From Sulfolobales archaeon (lineage in GTDB: Archaea > Thermoproteota > Thermoprotei_A > Sulfolobales > AG1), in assembly GCA_038867615.1 (NCBI GenBank), contig JAWBYA010000002.1, positions 352,001-416,000 of the forward strand: a DNA stretch of 64,000 nt. Reading direction: 5' to 3'. Under the pieces are notes generated by a model, which was given only the letters and a program-made list of their open reading frames with translations, was not told the origin of the DNA and did not search any database. The position numbers and the translations under genes were made by a program. How positions within the stretch are numbered: position 1 is the stretch's first letter; each line of letters starts with the position of its first letter. Shown here piece after piece: positions 50,149 through 60,609 of this stretch.

Positions 50149-50997
50149 TTATGGAGGTTCTACTCTATAGAATCTGGTTATATTTTCTACATGTATCTTA
50201 TATACTGCTTCTTCGTTGAGGAAACCTTCTTTAGTTGCTTTTAATGTGTTTTCAGAGATCTCCCATGGGTAAAGGACTTTTCCTGGTCTTGCTGGGTCAT
50301 CTATATAGTCGCTTTCGAACATATAGAATCCTTGGTATTTGCTTGCAATCTGGATCACCTGGTAGATCGCTGGCACGGTAGCCGGGATCCCCATTGATAT
50401 AGCGTGTTCTAGAAGCCCTGGTTTTGCGTGGTGCATGGCAACCCTATCCTTACTAATCCCTATTCTTCTGATCCTGTCCTCGATATCCTTGGCAGTGATC
50501 CACCCGCCTTCTTCTAGGTGTAGGTGCACAATAGCCCCAAGATCCTTAGCCTTTGTTAAGGCATGGTCGAGAACCATTTCGGCGAGAACCACATAGTGGG
50601 GTTTAACCTGGTAGTGGGGTCTCCCAACCTCGGCGATTCCGTGTAAAAGTCCTTTCTCTATATAGGTGCATGCGAGATCTATGATCTTGATGGAATATCT
50701 ATAGGCATCCTCGGGCTTCATCCCAAGCCTATCTATCATCTTATCAATCATAGCTGGGTGGTATCCGCCCAGACATGCCACCCTTAACCCTGCCTCTCTA
50801 GCAGCTCTGCACTCGGATATAACCAACTCTATGGATCTTTCAAAACCTTCTGGGCTTGGGTTAAGCCCAAGGCTGGTCGGTGGTAGAGAGACAAGTGCTA
50901 TGAACCAGCCCCCGGATTCTCTGAACCTCTCGGAAACCGTTTTCGCTCCTAACCCCTTGAGAGGGTTTGTGTGGGCATGGGCGTCTGCAAATATCAA
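50149..50997 (-). CDS. TatD-related metal-dependent hydrolase
   Basis: DAHAH, GYHPA, EVGRPHY, HLHLE, HHA and ESDYIDDP.RPG motifs. Confidence 0.9.
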   Translation of the reverse strand: MIFADAHAHTNPLKGLGAKTVSERFRESGGWFIALVSLPPTSLGLNPSPEGFERSIELVISECRAAREAGLRVACLGGYHPAMIDKMIDRLGMKPEDAYRYSIKIIDLACTYIEKGLLHGIAEVGRPHYQVKPHYVVLAEMVLDHALTKAKDLGAIVHLHLEEGGWITAKDIEDRIRRIGISKDRVAMHHAKPGLLEHAISMGIPATVPAIYQVIQIASKYQGFYMFESDYIDDPARPGKVLYPWEISENTLKATKEGFLNEEAVYKIHVENITRFYRVEPP

Positions 50998-51006
50998 TCC
51001 AGATCC

Positions 51007-51444
51007 TCACCTTATATATCCAGCCCACTCGCTAGGAGGCTTTATCCCGAGCTCCTCCAGGATCTTCATCACTTTCTCGGATGTTGTTAGATAGTATAGA
51101 GGCCAGTCCCTCAGCTTTGAGAGGAGAGTCTTGCTCTGAACACCCTCGATCCCAGCTATTCTTCTAAACCTAAAAGTAGGCTCCCCCTTATCATTCACAA
51201 CAACATCGTCAACCACTAGAAAGCTTGGGGGGAGTGATGTGTAGTCAACCCTATCTGTCCTAGTACCCCTCCTGATAGGCCCCTTACCATATATACCTAT
51301 AGCTGGTATTGGCAATAATCCCCTTATCTCCTGCAATAGCTTCTCATCAATACTCGTTCCCTGGTAATGAACCTCGCCATCCTTTTCCCACTGGCTCGGA
51401 TTGAAATGAGTGTTTAGGATTAGTATAAAGCCCATAGAGATCAT
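51007..51444 (-). CDS. Hypothetical protein
   Basis: 145 aa ORF tightly packed between ndk and the TatD gene. Confidence 0.7.
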   Translation of the reverse strand: MISMGFILILNTHFNPSQWEKDGEVHYQGTSIDEKLLQEIRGLLPIPAIGIYGKGPIRRGTRTDRVDYTSLPPSFLVVDDVVVNDKGEPTFRFRRIAGIEGVQSKTLLSKLRDWPLYYLTTSEKVMKILEELGIKPPSEWAGYIR

Positions 51445-51446
51445 CT

Positions 51447-51875
51447 CTAGACGAGCTCCTCATGGTTGAAGAAGAGGGAGATTTCGTACTTAGCTGCTTC
51501 AGGACTATCAGATGCATGGGCTATGTTCTCGCTAACCGACAGAGCATAGTCTCCTCTTATAGTACCCGGGGGAGCCTTTCTACCATCTGTAGGGCCAAGG
51601 AGATTTCTTACAACACTTATAGCCGAGTCGCCCTCTATCACCATAAGCACTACAGGCCCTCTTGTGACGAAACCCACGAGCTCCTCAAAGAAAGGCTTAC
51701 CCTTATGCACAGCGTATAGCTTCTCCGCCTCCTCCCTCGATAGCTTTTTAAGCTTCATACCAACGATCCTTAGACCTTTTCTCTCCAATCTAGATATTAT
51801 CTCGCCAACAATTCTCTTCTCATAAGCATCTGGCTTTAGCATGAAGAATGTTCTCTCAACCGGCAATAGCGTCAC
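51447..51875 (-). CDS. ndk: Nucleoside diphosphate kinase
   Basis: [18 protein letters not shown] and NIAHASDS motifs. Confidence 0.97.
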   Translation of the reverse strand: MTLLPVERTFFMLKPDAYEKRIVGEIISRLERKGLRIVGMKLKKLSREEAEKLYAVHKGKPFFEELVGFVTRGPVVLMVIEGDSAISVVRNLLGPTDGRKAPPGTIRGDYALSVSENIAHASDSPEAAKYEISLFFNHEELV

Positions 51876-52060
51876 CTCCTCTGCCTACCCATATAGCTTG
51901 AAGTCCACGGAAGCTTCTTCGAATCTCTCCCCATTCTATAGTATTTAAAACACTTAGAGGAGCAGAACCTTAGTATGCTTCCATCGTTCCTTACAAACAT
52001 GATCCCCGTTCCGGGGGATACCTGGCCGCCGCAGAAACTGCACCTATGGATGCTGACCAT
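51872..52060 (-). CDS. rpl24e: 50S ribosomal protein L24e
   Basis: CSFCG...PGTG.MFVRNDG...FCSSKC...W; ATG at 52060. Confidence 0.96.
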   Translation of the reverse strand: MVSIHRCSFCGGQVSPGTGIMFVRNDGSILRFCSSKCFKYYRMGRDSKKLPWTSSYMGRQRR

Positions 52061-52130
52061 CTCCCCACACCATGCATAATTATGTCTAAAGCTCTTTAAA
52101 GCGTCCACAAATATATCTATGGGGCTGCGA

Positions 52131-52379
52131 TTGTCACAGCAAGCTGAGAAGGCTTCGAAATCAATAATAGAGGAGATAGGAATACCAGCCGAGGTTATAC
52201 AGATCATAGGAAGGACAGGCGTTACTGGAGAGATAACCCAGGTCAGGGTAAGGGTTCTTGAGGGAAGGGATAAGGGCAGAATCATTACACGCAACATCAA
52301 GGGTCCCGTGAGGATAGGGGATATAGTGATCCTGAGGGAGACTGAGAGAGAGGCTAGAAAGCTAACAACAAGGAGATAA
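52131..52379 (+). CDS. rps28e: 30S ribosomal protein S28e
   Basis: [18 protein letters not shown]...GR...[10 protein letters not shown]...LRETEREAR. Confidence 0.97.
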   Translation: MSQQAEKASKSIIEEIGIPAEVIQIIGRTGVTGEITQVRVRVLEGRDKGRIITRNIKGPVRIGDIVILRETEREARKLTTRR

Positions 52380-52387
52380 CTCTATAG

Positions 52388-52630
52388 GTGCTGCTATTGA
52401 CGGTGTACAACGTATATATAGTTTCTTATAGTGAGAAATCTATTGAGGAGGTGGAGAGAGAATTATCCAGGATAGCCAGGATAGTGCAAAAGGTTAGGAG
52501 CGGTGTTGTCCATAGCTTCTACTACTACAGAATAGAGTGTAGCTCCGAAGATAGCATAAACAATATATTGAAGAGTTATATAGATAAAGGGCTCATCTCC
52601 TGGGCGAAGGTTGAGAAAACTCTGGGGTGA
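52388..52630 (+). CDS. Small hypothetical protein
   Basis: 80 aa ORF filling the gap between rps28e and ileS. Confidence 0.65.
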   Translation: MLLLTVYNVYIVSYSEKSIEEVERELSRIARIVQKVRSGVVHSFYYYRIECSSEDSINNILKSYIDKGLISWAKVEKTLG

Positions 52631-52634
52631 GAGG

Positions 52635-55600
52635 ATGGCTCACCTTGGGTCTAGATATGCCCCGGAAGAGGTAGAGACAAGGATCAAGAGGTTCTGGGAG
52701 GAGAACAAGATCTATGAGAAAGTAAGGTCTAGGAAAAGTGACAAAATCTTCTTCTTCCTAGACGGTCCACCATACCCCAGTTCCCCTACATTCCACCCGG
52801 GAACAGGATGGAACAAAGTGATCAAGGATGCTGTTCTCAGATACTATAGGCTCAAGGGATACTATGCAATGGATACACCAGGCTATGACACACACGGACT
52901 CCCAATAGAATACCAGATCGAGAAGAGATTAGGGATATCAAGTAAGAAGGAGATAGTTGAGAAGATAGGAATCGATAGGTTTATACATATGTGCAAAGAG
53001 TTCGTGTTAAACAACGTAGAGTCTCTATCCAGAGGCTTCAAGGATCTTGGCGTGATGATGGATTGGTCCAACCCCTACATGACTCTGAACAACAGCTACA
53101 TAGAGGAAGCCTGGAGGTTGATAAAGGCTGCAGAGACTAAAGGCCTCCTCGACATAGATATAAGGGTTCTCCATTGGTGCCCCAGATGCGAGACTGTTCT
53201 AGCCGATTACGAGGTTACGCAAGAGTACGTTGATCTAGAGGATCCATCGATATATGTTAAACTACCCGTAAGAGGGGCTAAGAACGAGTATATAGTTATA
53301 TGGACCACAACCCCGTGGACTCTTCCCGCAAACACATTTGTCATGGCCAGGAGTGACGCGATCTATGCTAAGGTGGAATACATGGGCGAGATCCTCATAG
53401 TTGCTGAGAGCACTATCGGGAGGATCGCTAAGGAGGTTGGTATGGAGAACTATAAAGTGATCACAAAGATCCCTGGTAGAGAGCTTGAGGGGCTTGAATA
53501 TGACCACCCATTAGAGGACATAATACCCCTCCAAAAGATCCTGAAGAGCTATCACAAAATAGTCCTCGCCGACGAGTATGTGAGTCTCGACGAGGGAACG
53601 GGGTTTGTCCACGCCGCACCAGGGCATGGGCCTGAGGACTTCGAAGTGGCTAGGAAGAAAGGCTTCCCGGTATACTCCCCGCTAGATGATTCAGGAAGAT
53701 TCACTGAGGAGGCAGGTAAATACAAGGGTAAAGGTGCTAGAGAAGCTAACCAAGAGATCATAGAGGATCTAAGGGCCAGAGGGGCGCTCCTCTCATACTC
53801 AAAGATCACTCACAGATACCCCGTGTGCTGGAGGTGTAAAACACCACTCCTACTCAGAGCAACTAAACAATGGATCATAAGAACCTCGAAGCTATCCTCA
53901 AAAGCCCTCGAAGAAGCATCCAAAGCAAAGTGGATACCCAGGTGGGGGCTAGATAGAATAAAACCCCTCCTCGAGAACATGCAGGACTGGGTCATATCGA
54001 GACAGAGGTTCTGGGGAATACCCCTCCCAATCTGGATCTGCAAGTCATGCGGACATAGAATAGTGATCGGGGATCTTGAGGAATTAAAGGCATATGGCGC
54101 TAGCGAGCCTCCGGAGGATCTCCATAGACCCTGGATAGATCGTGTGATTCTCAGATGCCCCAAATGCGGCGGGGCTGCCGAAAGAGTACCAGATGTAGCT
54201 GATGTGTGGCTCGACTCAGGAGTCGCTTTCTACGCATCTCTAGGCAAGGGTGGGTTGGAGAGGTTCAAAGAACTAGGGCCTGTCGATTTCGTCGTAGAGG
54301 GGCATGACCAGACCAGGGGTTGGTTCTTCAGTATGCTGAGATCCGGGGTTATAGTCCTGGATTCCGTGCCCTACAAATCTGTCCTTGTACACGGTTTCGT
54401 TCTCGACGAGAAGGGCAGGGAGATGCATAAATCCCTAGGTAACTATGTAGAGGTATCGCAAGTTGTTAACATGTATGGGAGAGACGCCTTCAGGCTGTTC
54501 GTGTTATCCAACACCACCTGGGAGGATCTCAAGTTCTCTATGAAGAAGCTTGACGAGGTAACAAGAGACCTCAATATAGTCTGGAACGTTCTCCTCTTCG
54601 CCAAATCCTATATGGAGATAGATGGGTATAGATACTCGGAAGACGATCTGGAGAAGCTCTCAGACCACCTGAGACTAGAGGATAGATGGATACTCTCTAG
54701 ACTAGCATCGCTGGTAGATGGTGTAACAAGGGCTATGGATGAGTATAGGGTGCACGAGGCTGTCAACATGTTGAGAGATTTCTTAATCGAGGATCTATCG
54801 AGAACATATCTAAAGATAGTAAGGAGAAGGGTATGGGAAGAGAAAAACACACCAGATAAGATAGCTGTATATGCAACACTCTTCAAAGCGCTCAAAACAT
54901 GGAGCATTATGGCCTCGATAGCAGTACCCCATATATCAGAGCTAATCTATCAAGAACTTGTCAGAAGCCTATACGAAGGCGCTGTGGAGAGCGTCAACCT
55001 AGAGAGATGGCCAGACCCTCTGGAACTAGCGAGGTTCAAGGATCAGGAGCTGGAGAGGGTGTTTGAAAAACTGAGAGAGATATTCGAAGCCCTAGCCTCG
55101 GCCAGGATGAATGCAGGGATAAAGCTCAGAAGACCTGTAGAGCTCTGTGTAATAGCAAGCAGCGATAAAGGCTTCCTCGAGGCTGTCGCAAAGGCCTCCA
55201 ACGTTATCAAGGAGATGCTAAACTGCCAGCAGACAATCCCGATGGATCTTAGTGAGGCTGTTGGTAAGATCTTTGTGAGAAGGGCTAAGCCTGTTCTCTC
55301 ATCAATAGGTAGGGAGTTCAAAGGTCTTGCCAGAGAGATCATATCATATATAGAGGCGAGGAGCGAGGATATAGCAAGAGATCTCGAGGCAGGTGTTATA
55401 AAGATCCCCGTGCAGGGTGGTGAGGTAACACTCACAAGAGACCATGTGGAGATCGTTGAAGAACCCCTCCAGGGATACTCAGTAGTAAAGAGGGATTGGG
55501 GATATGCCGCTATATCCACAAGGGTTTCTGAAGAGCTAGCCCTTGCTGGACTAGCGAGAGAGATCATAAGAAGGATCCAGGTTATGAGGAAGGAGCTAGG

Positions 55601-55823
55601 TCTAAGCCTCACCGATGTCATCTCGGTCGAGATCTATGCTGAGGAGGATGTTGCAAGATCGATCGAGAAGGTGAAGGATCACATAGCGAGGGAGACTAGA
55701 AGCGCGTCAATAACTATCAAGAGATCTAGTGGCGAGGTCAGAGGATCTTTGGTGAGGGAGTGGGAGATCGATGGAGAGGTTTTTGTGATAGGGATCACAC
55801 CAACCAGTAATACTGCTCAATAG
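52635..55823 (+). CDS. ileS: Isoleucyl-tRNA synthetase
   Basis: DGPPY, HPGT (HIGH), GYDTHGLPIE, WTTTPWT, DWVISRQRFWG, EGHDQTRGWF and EMHKS (KMSKS). Confidence 0.98.
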   Translation: MAHLGSRYAPEEVETRIKRFWEENKIYEKVRSRKSDKIFFFLDGPPYPSSPTFHPGTGWNKVIKDAVLRYYRLKGYYAMDTPGYDTHGLPIEYQIEKRLGISSKKEIVEKIGIDRFIHMCKEFVLNNVESLSRGFKDLGVMMDWSNPYMTLNNSYIEEAWRLIKAAETKGLLDIDIRVLHWCPRCETVLADYEVTQEYVDLEDPSIYVKLPVRGAKNEYIVIWTTTPWTLPANTFVMARSDAIYAKVEYMGEILIVAESTIGRIAKEVGMENYKVITKIPGRELEGLEYDHPLEDIIPLQKILKSYHKIVLADEYVSLDEGTGFVHAAPGHGPEDFEVARKKGFPVYSPLDDSGRFTEEAGKYKGKGAREANQEIIEDLRARGALLSYSKITHRYPVCWRCKTPLLLRATKQWIIRTSKLSSKALEEASKAKWIPRWGLDRIKPLLENMQDWVISRQRFWGIPLPIWICKSCGHRIVIGDLEELKAYGASEPPEDLHRPWIDRVILRCPKCGGAAERVPDVADVWLDSGVAFYASLGKGGLERFKELGPVDFVVEGHDQTRGWFFSMLRSGVIVLDSVPYKSVLVHGFVLDEKGREMHKSLGNYVEVSQVVNMYGRDAFRLFVLSNTTWEDLKFSMKKLDEVTRDLNIVWNVLLFAKSYMEIDGYRYSEDDLEKLSDHLRLEDRWILSRLASLVDGVTRAMDEYRVHEAVNMLRDFLIEDLSRTYLKIVRRRVWEEKNTPDKIAVYATLFKALKTWSIMASIAVPHISELIYQELVRSLYEGAVESVNLERWPDPLELARFKDQELERVFEKLREIFEALASARMNAGIKLRRPVELCVIASSDKGFLEAVAKASNVIKEMLNCQQTIPMDLSEAVGKIFVRRAKPVLSSIGREFKGLAREIISYIEARSEDIARDLEAGVIKIPVQGGEVTLTRDHVEIVEEPLQGYSVVKRDWGYAAISTRVSEELALAGLAREIIRRIQVMRKELGLSLTDVISVEIYAEEDVARSIEKVKDHIARETRSASITIKRSSGEVRGSLVREWEIDGEVFVIGITPTSNTAQ

Positions 55824-55875
55824 ACTATCTATAAATAGATTTATAAGCATATAATCAACTGATCTTTGATCCGCA

Positions 55876-56688
55876 TTGAAGGTCTTGGGGGAGGATATAG
55901 CTAGAGATCTGGAAGAGATCAGAAGAAAAAGACCCCTGATACATCATATAATGAACTATGTTGTCATGAACGATGCTGCAAACGTTGCCCTAGCAATAGG
56001 AGCCTCACCAATAATGGCACACGCGATAGAGGAGGTTGAAGAGCTTGCAGCAATTGCAGATGTGATCTACATAAACATAGGAACCCTTGACAACCACTGG
56101 ATACCATCAATGATAATCCTAGCCAAAGCCGCTACAAAGAATAACAAACCCCTAGTCCTAGACCCCGTAGGCGCCGGGGCTACAAAGCTAAGGACAGAAA
56201 CAGCTATAAAGATACTTAGAGAGGCTGAGGTAACAGTGCTTAAAGGAAATGGGGGAGAGATCGCGGCACTCGCAGGAAGCCAAGGGCTTGTTAAGGGCGT
56301 CGACTCCCTCGGCAAAGCCACCGTGGAGATCGTTGAGAAAGTTGCTAGTGAGTTCTCCACCACGGTCTTCGCAAGCGGTGAGGTTGATATAATATCAGAT
56401 GGCTCTAGATATGCAGAGATCAGTGGAGGCTCCTACCTCTCTAAATATGTTACGGGGATGGGCTGTATGCTGGGAACCATAGTCTCGGCCTTCACAGCCG
56501 TTAATACAGACCCCCTGAGATCCTCGATCCACGCTTCAGTCTTCTTCAAAAGAGCTGCAGAGCTCGCATCTAGAAAAGCCTCAGTACCAGGAAGCTTTAA
56601 GGTTGAGCTTATAAACGCCATCTATAGCATAGGTCGCGAACACCTAGGAGATGTCGAGGTGCCTGTGATACAGGTTCGCAAGTCCTAA
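55876..56688 (+). CDS. thiM: Hydroxyethylthiazole kinase
   Basis: PLIHHIMNYV, GASPIMAH, NIGTL, LDPVGAGAT, KGN..EI and TGMGC motifs. Confidence 0.93.
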   Translation: MKVLGEDIARDLEEIRRKRPLIHHIMNYVVMNDAANVALAIGASPIMAHAIEEVEELAAIADVIYINIGTLDNHWIPSMIILAKAATKNNKPLVLDPVGAGATKLRTETAIKILREAEVTVLKGNGGEIAALAGSQGLVKGVDSLGKATVEIVEKVASEFSTTVFASGEVDIISDGSRYAEISGGSYLSKYVTGMGCMLGTIVSAFTAVNTDPLRSSIHASVFFKRAAELASRKASVPGSFKVELINAIYSIGREHLGDVEVPVIQVRKS

Positions 56689-56703
56689 CAAACCCTTAAT
56701 CTT

Positions 56704-57636
56704 CTAGGAACCCCTAACCGCTTTTAGAAATATCTCATCAATCGTTACTGGTTTTATCCTCATATCGATAATGATCCCCCCTCTACTTTGGATCGTTTCT
56801 GAGATGTTTTTCCTCACAATCCTATCTCTATCCTCGTCTCTCAAAATAATTTTTATAATATTCCCTGTGGAGCGTGCCTCCAAAACACCATCGATCCCTT
56901 TGATAAGCTCCTCTATGCCAGGGATATCTCTGAAGAGCTCTATTTCAAGCACCCTTCCTCCCCCAATGAGTCCTGAGAGTTCTTCTTTGGAGCCGCTTGC
57001 AACTATCCTTCCCTTGTTCATTATAGCTATATGGCTACTAACCCTTTCAACCTCTTCCAACACATGGGAGGAGTAGAGGATCGTCTTTCCCTTCGATGCT
57101 AGATCTATGAATAGATCTCTAAACTGTATCCTAGCCTCGGGGTCTATGCTCATGAGAGGCTCATCAAGTATCAAGAGCTCTGGATCCGGGAGGAGGGCCT
57201 GGGCTATGGCGAGTCTCTGAACCATACCCTTGCTATAGGAGCCTATCTTCCTCTTAGAAGCTTTCTGTAGACCCACGATCGAAAGTATCTCTGAGACCCT
57301 CTCCCTAGAACCCCTTCCGAGACCATATAGATCTGATACTAGTTTCAAATACTCCTCACCAGTCATGAACTCGGGAAAGGATGGTGTTTCAGGAACATAC
57401 CCCACCCTATGGAGGATCTCCTTGTGATTGGATATAGGATCGAGACCGAGAACCTCTATAGATCCTTGATCCTGTCTCAAAAGCCCCACAGAAATCCTTA
57501 TAAATGTGCTCTTACCAGCACCGTTGGGGCCAAGGAGCCCGAAGAGAGAGCCTCTAGGCACCTCGAGACTCACATCATTGAGGGCCACTATGTCTCTATA
57601 TCTTTTAACAAGCCCTGAGGCTTTGAGAACTGCCAT
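56704..57636 (-). CDS. ABC exporter-type ATP-binding protein
   Basis: GPNGAGKST, YSKGMVQR, LDEP and SSH motifs; no adjacent permease. Confidence 0.92.
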   Translation of the reverse strand: MAVLKASGLVKRYRDIVALNDVSLEVPRGSLFGLLGPNGAGKSTFIRISVGLLRQDQGSIEVLGLDPISNHKEILHRVGYVPETPSFPEFMTGEEYLKLVSDLYGLGRGSRERVSEILSIVGLQKASKRKIGSYSKGMVQRLAIAQALLPDPELLILDEPLMSIDPEARIQFRDLFIDLASKGKTILYSSHVLEEVERVSSHIAIMNKGRIVASGSKEELSGLIGGGRVLEIELFRDIPGIEELIKGIDGVLEARSTGNIIKIILRDEDRDRIVRKNISETIQSRGGIIIDMRIKPVTIDEIFLKAVRGS

Positions 57637-57718
57637 CCATCTCTCTCCCTTCCAAATAATGGTTATCCATGGCAATGTATAAAAGGAGAATAAGGATAGC
57701 TAGACTAAGGGGTCATTA

Positions 57719-58558
57719 TTGTGTAGAATGTTTGTAATGATCGGTGGTTCAGATGCTGTGGATAGGGCTAGAGATAGCATGATTACAAGTCTCGTGAACG
57801 CGGCTAAGAAAGACCCGCACGGGCAAGCCCTCTTTGGCAATGCGGAGATAAGCCATAGGGATGGGTGGGGCTGGGTTGCACTACATCTAGATAGTAAGGG
57901 AGCGGCTCTCCATTTTGGTAGATCAACTACATCCATATACGAAGATCCCTCTATAAATGCCCCTAGACTGGTGTATCTCCCGTCAAGTGGGAAAGCAGTA
58001 CTCATGATCCATGCCAGAGCCGCTAGCAAGGGCATGCCTATAAATATTTTCTCCACCCACCCAGTAGAGGCTACTACAAGCAATGGTTACAGATTATTCT
58101 TAATCCATAACGGGACTGTTGATAAAGAAGAACTACTAAGGATTCTTAATATCAATGCCGAGAGTAATGAGGCAAAGATCTATAATGATACGTATTTCTT
58201 AGCGCAATATATGGCGAAAAAGATCTCTAAGGGTATAGATCTAAGTATTATCCATGAGGCGGTGAGGCTTACAAAAACAGCCCTCAACATAGGCGTAGTT
58301 CTGATAAAGGAGCAAGAAGCCTGGGTGGCTGTAGGAAGCTTCTACAAAGCCAGAGATGATGAGGTAAGGAGAAAGTATTACAAAATATATAGAGGAGAAA
58401 TCGAGGATCTGGTTATATATAGCTCATCAACACTAATAGATTTCTATAACCCAAACATAGACATGGAATGGAAAGAACTCGAAAACGGCCGCTTCGAGAT
58501 CTATAGGATAAGTGGAGAGAAAATAGATATTGTGGAGAGCGTGATAATAAAAATATGA
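57719..58558 (+). CDS. Class II (Ntn) glutamine amidotransferase family protein
   Basis: MCRM N-terminus with HRDGWG, HARAAS, THP and HNG motifs. Confidence 0.9.
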   Translation: MCRMFVMIGGSDAVDRARDSMITSLVNAAKKDPHGQALFGNAEISHRDGWGWVALHLDSKGAALHFGRSTTSIYEDPSINAPRLVYLPSSGKAVLMIHARAASKGMPINIFSTHPVEATTSNGYRLFLIHNGTVDKEELLRILNINAESNEAKIYNDTYFLAQYMAKKISKGIDLSIIHEAVRLTKTALNIGVVLIKEQEAWVAVGSFYKARDDEVRRKYYKIYRGEIEDLVIYSSSTLIDFYNPNIDMEWKELENGRFEIYRISGEKIDIVESVIIKI

Positions 58559-58580
58559 TACATAGAGTAACACATACACG

Positions 58581-58655
58581 GGGCCCGTAGCTCAGCCAGG
58601 ATAGAGCACCGGCCTTCGGAGCCGGGGGTCGGGGGTTCGAATCCCCCCGGGCCCG
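58581..58655 (+). tRNA. tRNA-Arg (anticodon TCG), intronless, CCA not encoded
   Basis: Acceptor stem GGGCCCG/CGGGCCC, anticodon arm CCGGC-CTTCGGA-GCCGG and T-loop GGTTCGAATCC. Confidence 0.97.
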
Positions 58656-58742
58656 CTATAGCGAGATGGAGCCCTACTCCAGCATAGAAAATGGAATAGC
58701 CATTATTTAGTCCCTACATCATATTAATCTGGTGAAATCTTT

Positions 58743-60524
58743 TTGGCCGTGGATCCTACCGAGATTTCTAGAATAATTAGCAAGATAGTATCCATTCCGA
58801 GATACAATGTTGAGGGGGTCGCTAGAGATCATCTCATCTATAGCTCCACCGAGAGAGGCGATTACAGCGTATATGCGATAAACATAAAAAGTGGTGAGAA
58901 GAAGCTGGCCGCACCAAATATCCATATGCTAGTAGCTACTCACGAAGCATCTAGCAAGGTTGTGTTTGTTAGGGATGTTAGCAAGGGTTTCGAGCTCTCC
59001 AAGGTTATGATGGTTGATATAGAGGAGGGCTGTGAGATCGATGTGGCTGAAAATATCGAGCCGCAGAGAATAGCTGGGCTAGCCTTTGATGGTGAAAGGA
59101 TCGCGTGGTCAGGCGCCACTAAAGCCTCTGGAGGCGTCTACCTAGCAGAGATATCGGAGAGAAGGGCTGAGAGGGTCGCGGCCACCAGGGGGAGAGAGTT
59201 TGTAAGCGATGTCAACGATAAATACATCGTGGGCTATGGTCGTCTCAAGGGAGATCCCTACTCAACAGAGATATTTATAATTAATATCAAGGAAGGGAGC
59301 TTCGAGATCTATACTCCGAAAGAGGGTTCCAACAACACATCGCCAAAGCTATATGGAGACAGGGTGCTCTTCATAAGCAACTTCGAGGATGGTGACAAGA
59401 TGAAACCCTATATACTCAACCTTTTGACTAGAGAGCTAGAAGAGGTTAGGTTTAAATACGACGACATCTATAGATTCGATCCCGTAGAGTTTATCAGCAT
59501 TGGCTGGACTAGCGATGGGAGAGTATGGAGTATAGGTAAGAAACGCGGCACCTCAAGGCTATTTCTAGACGGACGCGATCTTGGTATAGGCTTTGGAATG
59601 GTATCCTCAGCAGCGATTAAGGATAACATGGCCTTCATAGCCCACTCAAGCCTCAAAACACCGCCGAGAATACTGGCGATAGATATCAATAGAGGAGATG
59701 TTAGAGAGATTGTAGGAAGCAGACTCCCAAGAGATATAGAGGAGAGGCTGGGCGATGTGGCCTTTATAGAGGTGGAGTCGTTTGACGGGCTCAAGATACC
59801 CACGTTTGTATTAGAATCTAGAGCCGCTCCCAAGCCTGGACCAACGGTAGTATATCCTCATGGAGGCCCGTGGAGCGAGGTGGCAGACTCCTGGTCGCCC
59901 ATAATAGTGTCGTTAGCAGCGCTAGGATACCATGTAGTGGCGCCAAACTACAGGGGATCAACGGGCTATGGTGCAATTTTCAGGAAGATGGATATAGGAG
60001 ACCCGGGCGGGGCTGATATGGAGGATGTCGCAGCAGCTAGAAACTGGGCTATAAAGAATGGACTGGGGAGAGAAGGTCTTATATCTATAGTGGGCTATAG
60101 CTATGGAGGCTATACAACACTGATGCAGCTTACTAGAAAGCCAAAGCTATGGAGATGCGGTGTAGCCGGGGCACCTGTGGCTGACTGGGAGAAGATGTAT
60201 GAGCTAGCAGATGCGTATTTCAGATCGTTCCAGGAAACTCTCTTCGGAGGGAAGAAGGAGCTGTTTAGAGAGAGATCACCTATAACCTATGTAGAGAACA
60301 TAGAGGCTCCTCTATGTATAGTAGAGCCTCAGAACGATTCGAGAACACCTATCCAACCGGTTCTCGACTTCGTTGAGAAGCTTGTCAAGCTTGGCAAGAG
60401 CTTTGAGCTACATGTTATACCAGATATGGGTCACAGGGTGTCGCTCAACGATGAAGCGCTGGCTAGATTTCTCCTATATACGGCTCTCTTCCTAGCTAGA
60501 TGTTATAAAGTAGACCGGAGCTAA
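58743..60524 (+). CDS. S9 acylaminoacyl peptidase
   Basis: Propeller N-domain, HGGP, NYRGSTGYG, GYSYGG nucleophile, NDSRT and MGH. Confidence 0.94.
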   Translation: MAVDPTEISRIISKIVSIPRYNVEGVARDHLIYSSTERGDYSVYAINIKSGEKKLAAPNIHMLVATHEASSKVVFVRDVSKGFELSKVMMVDIEEGCEIDVAENIEPQRIAGLAFDGERIAWSGATKASGGVYLAEISERRAERVAATRGREFVSDVNDKYIVGYGRLKGDPYSTEIFIINIKEGSFEIYTPKEGSNNTSPKLYGDRVLFISNFEDGDKMKPYILNLLTRELEEVRFKYDDIYRFDPVEFISIGWTSDGRVWSIGKKRGTSRLFLDGRDLGIGFGMVSSAAIKDNMAFIAHSSLKTPPRILAIDINRGDVREIVGSRLPRDIEERLGDVAFIEVESFDGLKIPTFVLESRAAPKPGPTVVYPHGGPWSEVADSWSPIIVSLAALGYHVVAPNYRGSTGYGAIFRKMDIGDPGGADMEDVAAARNWAIKNGLGREGLISIVGYSYGGYTTLMQLTRKPKLWRCGVAGAPVADWEKMYELADAYFRSFQETLFGGKKELFRERSPITYVENIEAPLCIVEPQNDSRTPIQPVLDFVEKLVKLGKSFELHVIPDMGHRVSLNDEALARFLLYTALFLARCYKVDRS

Positions 60525-60609
60525 GAATGGATCGCGTGAGAAGAGATCCTTGCTACTATTTTTACACCATGGTGGTGTAAAGCACTAAAGAACGTTAGCT
60601 ACATTATTA

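Noticed and set aside
52061-52300. N-terminal extension of the 142 aa ORF 51872..52300
   Set aside because: It is antisense to rps28e; the real rpl24e starts at ATG 52060.
58581-58740. tRNA-Arg as an integration site
   Set aside because: No integrase or duplicated tRNA 3' end in the window; flanking genes look native.
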